DNA of 7,042 nucleotides from a virus (Duplodnaviria; Heunggongvirae; Uroviricota; Caudoviricetes): IMG/VR virus record IMGVR_UViG_2636416140_000004; one strand, 5' to 3'. Shown piece by piece: positions 1 to 5,602 of this stretch (position 1 is its first letter; each line of letters starts with the position of its first letter). The notes under the pieces were generated by a model. It saw only the letters and a program-made list of their open reading frames with translations, ran no database searches and was not told where the DNA came from. The position numbers and the translations under genes were made by a program.

Positions 1-31
1 TACACTAAATCAGTAAGTTGGCAGCATTACC
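1..31 (-). mobile_element. Terminal 31 bp of a second IS1 copy; the body lies upstream of the window
   Basis: Positions 1..31 are identical (31/31) to 5494..5524, the insA-proximal inverted-repeat end of the complete IS1 at 4757..5524, in the same orientation. Confidence 0.85.
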
Positions 32-750
32 TACACTTCCGCCATATGGTAAGCATCATAGGTAATAATCTGGTTAAGGCTGCGCAAAGTAGCGTAACCC
101 GGTGCTGTTGGATACTGCGCACGAGGTGTGTGGTAATACTCCCAGGCCTGACGCAGTTCTTCGTTCGGCGCATCGGCCTCCTTCATTGGAGCCAGTGGCA
201 TAATGGCGTATTCTTCGCTGCTAATATCGCTGGTTCGGGCGTTTGAGCCAGCTTCAATGTGTGGCAGAGCATCAATAGATTTCACATTGTTTTCCCAACC
301 ATTGCGGAACATCGAACCAATATTGACCGCACTAACGGTACCGATGGCCTTGATGCGGCGATCCTGAATTGCAGCATTGGCTGTATATCCTGCACCGGCA
401 CAAATTCCCATCGCACCAATTCGGGTATTGTCGACATAAGAAAGCGTTGTCAGGTAATCAATCACGGCACTGACGTCTTCAGTACGAATGTATGGGTTTT
501 CTAACTGACGCGGCTCGCCGCCACTTTCACCTTGATAAGATGCGTCATAAGCAATAGTGACAAATCCCTTTTCCGCCAGCTTTTCGGCATAGGTTCCGGC
601 CGTTTGCTCTTTAACGCCCCCACCTGGGTGAGATACCACAATTGCCGGATACTGACGGGTTTCATCAAATTTTGGAGGGAAATAGATCACTGCAGACAAA
701 GAGATGGTTGGATTATTGCTGTTAGTGAAGCTGACTTTATTATTCATCAT
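31..750 (-). CDS. ycjY: Alpha/beta hydrolase of the dienelactone-hydrolase type (YcjY-like), probably 3'-truncated by IS1
   Basis: 239-aa ORF with a G-x-C-x-G nucleophile elbow (AMGICAGAGY) typical of Cys-nucleophile dienelactone hydrolases; SD GAGGAA upstream of the start; divergent from a LysR regulator as in the ycjY-pgrR locus. The TAG stop is formed by TA of the gene plus the first G of the IS1 end. Symbol assigned from remembered synteny, not a search. Confidence 0.6.
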   Translation of the reverse strand: MMNNKVSFTNSNNPTISLSAVIYFPPKFDETRQYPAIVVSHPGGGVKEQTAGTYAEKLAEKGFVTIAYDASYQGESGGEPRQLENPYIRTEDVSAVIDYLTTLSYVDNTRIGAMGICAGAGYTANAAIQDRRIKAIGTVSAVNIGSMFRNGWENNVKSIDALPHIEAGSNARTSDISSEEYAIMPLAPMKEADAPNEELRQAWEYYHTPRAQYPTAPGYATLRSLNQIITYDAYHMAEV

Positions 751-790
751 TCAGTTCCTCATGGAGTTGTCGGTTCGTTTTGACGGTTGG

Positions 791-862
791 TGATATCACT
801 ATAGATATTGATCATTAAGTTGATTAGACCCTAAATCATGATTAGACCTATCATTTAAATGA
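791..862. promoter_or_regulatory. Divergent promoter/operator region between the hydrolase and LysR genes, with palindromes and a direct repeat
   Basis: Perfect palindromes TGATATCA (791..798) and TCATTTAAATGA (851..862); interrupted palindrome ATCAttaagtTGAT (811..824); direct repeat TGATTAGACC at 821..830 and 839..848. LysR regulators typically bind dyads in their own divergent promoter. Confidence 0.3.
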
Positions 863-887
863 TTAATAGATTGTATGGAGATACTGA

Positions 888-1323
888 ATGAAGCGTGAAG
901 AAATCGCTGATCTGATGGCGTTTGTCGTCGTTGCAGAGGAGCGTAGCTTCACTCGCGCAGCAGCCCGCCTGAGCATGGCGCAGTCAGCTTTAAGCCAGAT
1001 AGTGCGCCGTATAGAAGAACGATTGGGATTGCGGCTTCTGACGCGAACCACGCGCAGCGTTGTACCCACTGAAGCGGGCGAGCATCTTTTGTCTGTTCTT
1101 GGCCCTATATTGCATGACATAGATTCTGCCCTGACATCCCTGAGCGATCTGCAGAACCGCCCATCCGGGACAATACGTATTACTACTGTAGAACATGCAG
1201 CAAAAACGATATTGTTACCAGCCATGCGCACATTCCTGAAATCGCATCCTGAAATTGATATTCAGCTTACCATTGATTATGGTTTGACCGATGTCGTTTC
1301 TGAACGTTTTGATGCAGGCGTCC
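888..1323 (+). pseudogene. pgrR: LysR-family transcriptional regulator (PgrR/YcjZ-like), truncated after about codon 145 by IS600
   Basis: N-terminal HTH (EERSFTRAAARLSMAQSALSQIVRRIEERLG) and start of the co-inducer domain; the frame runs into the IS inverted repeat at 1324 and ends in IS-derived codons (to 1370). SD GGAG at 876..879. Confidence 0.8.
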
Positions 1324-1366
1324 TGAGGTGTACTGGCAATAGCGGACACTACCATTTGTTCTTTTT

Positions 1367-2185
1367 TTAAGCAGCCATCTGATGATATTTTTCCCTGAAG
1401 GCTGCCGGGGAGATATTCCCCAGACGAGAGTGACGACGCTGACGATTGTAGAAAATCTCAATGTATTCCCGTATTACTGAGATGGCTTCATCCCGGTTAT
1501 TAAAACGATAGTGGCTCAGGCTCTCATTTTTCAGCGTTCCCCAGAAGCTTTCCATCGGAGCGTTGTCGTAACAGTTACCTTTACGCGACATTGATGTTTT
1601 CAGACCAAACTGCTCCTGTATGACCCGGTAATCGTATGCGCAGTACTGTGAACCTCGAGCAGAGTGGTGGATTAGCCCGGCAGGTGGGCGCTGGCTCCTG
1701 AGCGCCATAAACAGGGCTTTACCTGTCAGCTCTTTTGTCATGCGCTCTCCCATGGCGTAGCCGACAATTTCGCACGTATAAACATCTTTGATGCCAGCGA
1801 GGTACAACCATCCCTCCTGTGTGGCAACATACGTCAGGTCCGCCACCCAGACCTGATTTGGTGCTGTAGGAGCGAACGTCTGGTTCAGCAGATTTGGCGC
1901 AACTGGCAGATTGTGGTTCGGGTTCGTAGTCGCTCTGAACTTGCGTTTCTGCTTACAGCGTAGCCTTAGCTCCTTACGAAGACGTGCCAGTCGGTCACGA
2001 CCAACGATGATGCCATTCTCTGCCAGCTCCGTCTGGAGCCGCCGGGTTCCATATGTTTCGCGAGTGCGGATATGTGCCACCTTAATCTCCAGTTTTAGCC
2101 GCTCATCACTTTGTTTTCTGTCTGAGGGTTCATGCTGTACCCAGTTGTAATAACCGCTCCTGGATACACCAAATACCTGACACAT
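1367..2185 (-). CDS. IS600-like OrfB (DDE catalytic domain; expressed as OrfAB fusion by -1 frameshift)
   Basis: 272-aa ORF with an rve-integrase-like core (VWVADLTYV...HHSARGSQY...NAPMESFWGTLKNE). Its frame is the -1 frame relative to orfA at the slippery site. Confidence 0.85.
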   Translation of the reverse strand: MCQVFGVSRSGYYNWVQHEPSDRKQSDERLKLEIKVAHIRTRETYGTRRLQTELAENGIIVGRDRLARLRKELRLRCKQKRKFRATTNPNHNLPVAPNLLNQTFAPTAPNQVWVADLTYVATQEGWLYLAGIKDVYTCEIVGYAMGERMTKELTGKALFMALRSQRPPAGLIHHSARGSQYCAYDYRVIQEQFGLKTSMSRKGNCYDNAPMESFWGTLKNESLSHYRFNNRDEAISVIREYIEIFYNRQRRHSRLGNISPAAFREKYHQMAA

Positions 2186-2220
2186 CGCTTCAATGGGAAA
2201 TTGTTGTCGCCATTGTTCGA

Positions 2221-2523
2221 TTAACGCGTATTTTTCAGCGACTCCTGTGCAAAATACGCTGTTGCTTTTTTTAATATATCTCGCTCAAGGCGAGCTTCAT
2301 TTAACGCCTTACGCAGTTGCAGAATTTCAGATTCCAGTTCAGCCACCGTGCGGGAACCAGGAGTACCGAGCCCTTTTCTGGCGGCGGTAACCCATTGTCC
2401 TAAAGTGCCTTCAGGAAGAGATAATCGGGAAGCGCCTTCACTGATCGAAAGTTGATTTTCAAGAACCGTTCTGACAGCTTCGGCTTTGAACTCTTTAGAG
2501 TAACGTTGGGTTTTTCTGCTCAT
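2221..2523 (-). CDS. IS600-like OrfA (HTH DNA-binding part of the transposase)
   Basis: 100-aa ORF MSRKTQRYSKEFKAEAVRTV... with leucine-zipper-like C-terminus, typical of IS3-family OrfA. Confidence 0.85.
   Translation of the reverse strand: MSRKTQRYSKEFKAEAVRTVLENQLSISEGASRLSLPEGTLGQWVTAARKGLGTPGSRTVAELESEILQLRKALNEARLERDILKKATAYFAQESLKNTR
2266..2272 (-). other. Programmed -1 ribosomal frameshift heptamer A_AAA_AAA in orfA (IS600-like)
   Basis: Minus strand reads TTA AAA AAA GCA (L-K-K-A of orfA). By frame arithmetic, a -1 slip here enters the orfB frame (first bases at positions congruent with 2185 mod 3). Confidence 0.6.
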
Positions 2524-2625
2524 TATTAGCTCCTTCTGATGCCATTCTATTTCAGGAAGGAGTGTCCGTTAAACTCAGGCTACCTCAGTGTTCTGGTTTG
2601 AAAAATATCAAGAAGGGGCTACGGC

Positions 2626-3291
2626 ATGACCACTATTACCAAAGAGCGACTGCAATGGCTGGCTAACATTTCTGGCCGCGATGATATTGACGATATAGAC
2701 GGCGGTGAAATTCGTGAACTGGCGCTTATCGCTCTGGCATCACTGGAAGCAGAGCCTGTAGCGGAATGCATTGTTGAAGATGGGGGCATGTGTATTGACG
2801 GGTTCGGTGAGTATGTGGGTCACTCGCTGCCTGATGGAATGCATGAGCTTTATGCTGCCCCGCGAATGCGACAACCTGATGGATGGAAAGCCGTAGCTGT
2901 AGCGTGGAAGGTGACGTTTACTCAAGTTGACCAGGAATCTAATACGTTCACTGCTATATATTTTGACAAAGCGGAAGTTGAGCGTTGGGTACGACTGCAT
3001 AAAGCATGTGATTTTCGGGCAGATATAACACCGCTTTACGCAGCGCCGGCAGTGCCGGTTGCAGTAAACGACGACATGGCTTACGCATTCCATCACGCAC
3101 TGTCAGATTCATCGCTTGGCTCTGATGAAATCGAAGAAATTAAAACCGGTTTGCGTGCTGCCTTTGCCAACGTCACTATCCAACCAGAGCCGATAGTGCC
3201 GGATGAAATCGGGCCAAACGATAGTAATACGTTTGATTATGTTGATGGCTGGAACGCCTGCCGCGCTGCCATGCTTAAGGGAGATAAATAA
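2626..3291 (+). CDS. Hypothetical prophage protein, strongly acidic, 221 aa
   Basis: ORF preceded by AAGGGG SD-like sequence; by hand count about 39 Asp/Glu against 18 Lys/Arg; LYAAP motif occurs twice; its stop overlaps the next start (TAATG). No family recognised. Confidence 0.6.
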   Translation: MTTITKERLQWLANISGRDDIDDIDGGEIRELALIALASLEAEPVAECIVEDGGMCIDGFGEYVGHSLPDGMHELYAAPRMRQPDGWKAVAVAWKVTFTQVDQESNTFTAIYFDKAEVERWVRLHKACDFRADITPLYAAPAVPVAVNDDMAYAFHHALSDSSLGSDEIEEIKTGLRAAFANVTIQPEPIVPDEIGPNDSNTFDYVDGWNACRAAMLKGDK

Positions 3292-3656
3292 TGATTAATC
3301 GAACCAAACTGGAGCACATTCTCGAATATGCCAGGCAGCAGAAATGTATTGGGCAACTTTGTAAAATTCCACTAGGAGATATGGTTGAAATCGTGGAAAT
3401 GGCCATGCGTAAGGCTGGCAACTCTCCGGTAACTCCGGCTGGCTGGATAAGCTGTAGTGATGCAGTTCCTGCTGAATATTGCGATGTGATTCTTCTCGAT
3501 GATCTCGGGAATGTATTCCCCGGTTCCTGGGATAAGGTTTTTTGCCCCACTCGTGGCGGGAATAAGATGGCTTTTGTGGACAAAGACGGCGTTGAAGTAG
3601 AGAGCTCAACTCACTGGATGCCGCTACCGGAACCACCGCAGGAGGTGAATCAATGA
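3291..3656 (+). CDS. Phage protein with DUF551-like C-terminal signature
   Basis: 121-aa ORF; C-terminal region (AGWISCSDAVPAEY ... THWMPLPEPP) resembles the DUF551 family pattern as I remember it; SD upstream; start overlaps the previous stop. Confidence 0.55.
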   Translation: MINRTKLEHILEYARQQKCIGQLCKIPLGDMVEIVEMAMRKAGNSPVTPAGWISCSDAVPAEYCDVILLDDLGNVFPGSWDKVFCPTRGGNKMAFVDKDGVEVESSTHWMPLPEPPQEVNQ

Positions 3657-3736
3657 CCTGGCCTGAGGCATTCACCACGGTAGGAATTGCGATGGCGGTG
3701 GCGCTGGTGGTGTATTCGATTTGCCGTTGGGGTTAA
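3653..3736 (+). CDS. Unlisted 27-aa hydrophobic micropeptide (MTWPEAFTTVGIAMAVALVVYSICRWG), probable single-pass membrane peptide
   Basis: ATG at 3653 overlaps the upstream TGA stop (ATGA); strong SD AGGAGG at 3638..3643, 9 nt upstream; hydrophobic core VGIAMAVALVVYSI; followed 6 bp later by a terminator. Below the ORF-track length cut-off. Confidence 0.5.
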   Translation: MTWPEAFTTVGIAMAVALVVYSICRWG

Positions 3737-3741
3737 CAAAC

Positions 3742-3772
3742 AAAAACCCCGGATTGATGGTCCGGGGTTTTT
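3742..3772 (+). terminator. Rho-independent terminator closing the three-gene cassette
   Basis: Stem CCCCGGA (3747..3753) / TCCGGGG (3761..3767), 7-nt loop, then TTTTT (3768..3772); preceded by an A-run, so possibly bidirectional. Confidence 0.8.
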
Positions 3773-3904
3773 GAAGGAAACAAAACAGAAACAGCAATTG
3801 CCGTTACCTGTTGTTACCATGGCAAGTAAACGTATCTCAGGCGAGCGCATTGCGCCGTTCTGACGCAGATAAATTAGCCTGGATAGAAGGTGCTGGCAAT
3901 AAAA

Positions 3905-4053
3905 AATAGCGTTTTCTTATCGGTATCGGTAAGATTGCTGCGGGTGCTTGAGGCTGTCTGCCTCGGGCATGCCACTGTAAGGCAGACAGAGAAAAGCCCC
4001 AGTTAACATTACGCGTCCTGCAAGACGCTTAACATTAATCTGAGGCCCAATCT
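3905..4053 (+). promoter_or_regulatory. hok promoter region and hok mRNA 5' leader (tac/ucb-like elements)
   Basis: -10-like TAAGAT at 3930..3935 with a weak -35; leader from about 3941 (GCGGGTGCTTGAGG) resembles the plasmid R1 hok mRNA 5' end as recalled; perfect 10-bp hairpin 3954..3963 / 3980..3989 with 16-nt loop. Confidence 0.5.
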
Positions 4054-4062
4054 ATGTCTCAC
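3990..4062 (-). ncRNA. sok: Candidate Sok-like antisense RNA (type I antitoxin) overlapping the mok start
   Basis: On the minus strand, -35 TTGCCT (complement of 4092..4097) and -10 TAACCT (complement of 4069..4074) with a 17-bp spacer, at the position where sok promoters sit relative to mok/hok; transcript would be antisense to the mok SD and start (4042..4056). 3' end not resolved. Confidence 0.4.
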
Positions 4063-4266
4063 AAATGTAGGTTAGCCTCTTACGTGCCGAAAGGCAAGGA
4101 GAAGCAGGCTATGAAGCAGCAAAAGGCGATGTTAATCGCCCTGATCGTCATCTGTTTAACCGTCATAGTGACGGCACTGGTAACGAGGAAAGACCTCTGC
4201 GAGGTACGAATCCGAACCGGCCAGACGGAGGTCGCTGTCTTCACAGCTTACGAACCTGAGGAGTAA
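4054..4266 (+). CDS. mok: Mok-like reading frame (N-terminally extended Hok, 70 aa) that couples hok translation
   Basis: ATG at 4054 with GAGG 8 nt upstream; in frame with hok. The N-terminal extension MSHKCRLASYVPKGKEKQA resembles what I recall of MokC. Confidence 0.55.
   Translation: MSHKCRLASYVPKGKEKQAMKQQKAMLIALIVICLTVIVTALVTRKDLCEVRIRTGQTEVAVFTAYEPEE
4111..4266 (+). CDS. hok: Hok/Gef-family type I toxin, 51 aa (HokD/RelF-like sequence)
   Basis: MKQQKAMLIALIVICLTVIVTALVTRKDLCEVRIRTGQTEVAVFTAYEPEE: single TM helix followed by the conserved RKDLCE periplasmic motif; SD AAGGAG upstream of the ATG at 4111. Confidence 0.85.
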   Translation: MKQQKAMLIALIVICLTVIVTALVTRKDLCEVRIRTGQTEVAVFTAYEPEE

Positions 4267-4315
4267 GAGACCAAGCGGGGGAGAAATCCCTCGCCACCTC
4301 TCATGTGTCAGGCAT

Positions 4316-4330
4316 CCTCAACGCACCCGC
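4316..4330 (+). promoter_or_regulatory. fbi-like 3' element of hok mRNA, complementary to the 5' end
   Basis: CCTCAACGCACCCGC (4316..4330) pairs with GCGGGTGCTTGAGG (3941..3954) with one bulged C, as expected for the hok mRNA fold-back inhibition (tac-fbi) interaction. Confidence 0.5.
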
Positions 4331-4335
4331 ACTAA

Positions 4336-4357
4336 ACCCGCTTCGGCGGGTTTTTTG
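4336..4357 (+). terminator. Rho-independent terminator of the hok transcript
   Basis: Stem CCCGC (4337..4341) / GCGGG (4346..4350), loop TTCG, then TTTTTT (4351..4356). Confidence 0.85.
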
Positions 4358-4502
4358 TTGCGTGCTGAATACGCAGGGTGAAAAATAACCATATATTTGA
4401 TTATATACACAACAAAAAATAAAAGTCATTGTACTTGCACATTAAACAATCAAATATACGGCGTGAAATAAATGTTTTTCAGATTAATATTTTTGTCTCT
4501 AT

Positions 4503-4754
4503 GTGGATATAACCGTTTGTACTTATAAACCTGGAGGCATCGTGGAAAAAATAAAGAAACTATTTAGTAGCAAATACGCAGTCATACGTCGTGATGACCT
4601 GTCAGTTATAGTCGAAATGGATTACTTCCCTGAAACCCCAAAATCAATAATGTATCGTAATGGTCGAAAGGCAATTTTTTTACCGATGAGGGTAAGTGAC
4701 ATTATGGGAAATGATAAACTGCTGGATGAATTGCGAGTCAGAGCATCCTGTTAG
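4503..4754 (+). CDS. rem: Small prophage protein, Rem-like (83 aa); start codon uncertain
   Basis: 83-aa ORF from GTG 4503 lying between hok and a ydfU-like gene, as rem does in the K-12 Qin prophage. An in-frame GTG at 4542 has a better SD (GGAGG 4533..4537) and would give 70 aa. Confidence 0.45.
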   Translation: MDITVCTYKPGGIVEKIKKLFSSKYAVIRRDDLSVIVEMDYFPETPKSIMYRNGRKAIFLPMRVSDIMGNDKLLDELRVRASC

Positions 4755-4756
4755 TA
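4748..4756. repeat. IS1 target-site duplication, left copy (CTGTTAGTA)
   Basis: 9-bp sequence immediately left of the IS1 end, identical to 5525..5533; contains the native TAG stop of the rem-like ORF. Confidence 0.9.
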
Positions 4757-4771
4757 GGTAATGACTCCAAC

Positions 4772-5275
4772 TTACTGATAGTGTTTTATGTTCAGATAAT
4801 GCCCGATGACCTTGTCATGCAGCTCCACCGATTTTGAGAACGACAGTGACTTCCGTCCCAGCCTTGCCAGATGTTGTCTCAGATTCAGATTATGTCGCTC
4901 AATGCGCTGAGTGTAACGCTTGCTGATAACGTGCAGCTTTCCCTTCAGGCGTGATTCATACAGCGGCCAGCCATCCGTCATCCATACCACGACCTCAAAG
5001 GCCGACAGCAGGCTCAGAAGACGCTCCAGTGTGGCCAGAGTGCGTTCACCGAAGACGTGCGCCACAACCGTCCTCCGTATCCTGTCATACGCGTAAAACA
5101 GCCAGCGCTGACGTGATTTAGCACCGACGTAGCCCCAATGTTCGTCCATTTCAGCGCAGACAATCACATCACTGCCCGGTTGTATGCGCGAGGTTACCGA
5201 CTGCGGCCTGAGTTTTTTAAGTGACGTAAAACCGTGTTGAGGCCAACGCCCATAATGCGTGCACTGGCGCGACAT
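4772..5275 (-). CDS. insB: IS1 InsB (catalytic part, expressed as InsAB' fusion)
   Basis: 167-aa ORF with typical InsB sequence (...[22 protein letters not shown]...GWPLYESRL...). Confidence 0.9.
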   Translation of the reverse strand: MSRQCTHYGRWPQHGFTSLKKLRPQSVTSRIQPGSDVIVCAEMDEHWGYVGAKSRQRWLFYAYDRIRRTVVAHVFGERTLATLERLLSLLSAFEVVVWMTDGWPLYESRLKGKLHVISKRYTQRIERHNLNLRQHLARLGRKSLSFSKSVELHDKVIGHYLNIKHYQ

Positions 5276-5469
5276 CCGACGCCATTCATGGCCATATCAA
5301 TGATTTTCTGGTGCGTACCGGGCTGAGAGGCGGTGTAAGTGAACTGTAGTTGCCATGTTTTACGGCAATGAGAGCAGAGATAGCGCTGATGTCCGGCAGT
5401 GCTTTTGCCGTTACGCACCACGCCTTCAGTAGCGGAGCAGGAAGGACATCTGATGGAAATGGAAGCCAC
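5194..5469 (-). CDS. insA: IS1 InsA (zinc-finger/HTH transposition inhibitor)
   Basis: 91-aa [21 protein letters not shown]...CSHCRKTWQ with the Cys4 motif; GTG start as in IS1. Confidence 0.9.
   Translation of the reverse strand: MASISIRCPSCSATEGVVRNGKSTAGHQRYLCSHCRKTWQLQFTYTASQPGTHQKIIDMAMNGVGCRASARIMGVGLNTVLRHLKNSGRSR
5212..5218 (-). other. IS1 A6C programmed -1 frameshift site (A_AAA_AAC)
   Basis: Minus strand reads TTA AAA AAC (L-K-N of InsA). By frame arithmetic, a -1 slip enters the insB frame. Confidence 0.8.
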
Positions 5470-5524
5470 GCAAGCACCTTAAAATCACCATCATACACTA
5501 AATCAGTAAGTTGGCAGCATTACC

Positions 5525-5533
5525 CTGTTAGTA
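5525..5533. repeat. IS1 target-site duplication, right copy (CTGTTAGTA)
   Basis: Identical to 4748..4756. Confidence 0.9.
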
Positions 5534-5602
5534 TTGGCATTAATTCTGGTATACTACATAACGGGCTGAACACCCATTCTACTGCGCCAGCGGAGAACTA
5601 CG

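Larger units (their letters stand above)
1324..2587 (-). mobile_element. IS3-family insertion sequence, IS600-like, complete 1264 bp
   Basis: Imperfect terminal inverted repeats TGAGGTGTACTGGCAATAGCGGACACTACC (1324..1353) and reverse complement of 2559..2587 (TGAGGTAGCCTGAGTTTAACGGACACTCC); orfA and orfB in the characteristic overlapping arrangement; length matches IS600 as I recall it. Confidence 0.85.
4757..5524 (-). mobile_element. Complete IS1 (768 bp), divergent isoform
   Basis: Terminal inverted repeats GGTAATGACTCCAACTTA... (4757) and ...TAAGTTGGCAGCATTACC (5524); insA and insB present; flanked by a perfect 9-bp direct repeat. Confidence 0.95.

Noticed and set aside
46-783. Plus-strand ORFs 46..246, 259..504 and 532..783
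   Set aside because: They lie entirely antisense to the better-supported hydrolase gene, have no SD and no recognisable domain signatures.
863-1231. Minus-strand ORFs 863..1231 and 990..1196
   Set aside because: Antisense to the LysR regulator coding sequence; Arg/Ser-rich composition is typical of out-of-frame translation.
1267-1461. Minus-strand ORF 1267..1461 spanning the pgrR/IS600 junction
   Set aside because: It crosses the IS inverted repeat and overlaps the orfB 3' end; it is an artefact of the junction.
1911-2390. Plus-strand ORFs 1911..2150 and 2193..2390 inside IS600
   Set aside because: Antisense to the transposase orfA/orfB, which have clear family signatures.
2740-3850. Minus-strand ORFs 2740..3096, 3275..3583, 3295..3678 and 3650..3850
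   Set aside because: Antisense to the coupled plus-strand cassette; one crosses the hairpin terminator; no ribosome-binding sites.
3818-3862. 14-codon ORF (MASKRISGERIAPF) and small palindrome GCGCATTGCGC in the spacer upstream of the hok promoter
   Set aside because: No SD and no hydrophobic or other recognisable feature; it is better explained as non-coding spacer.
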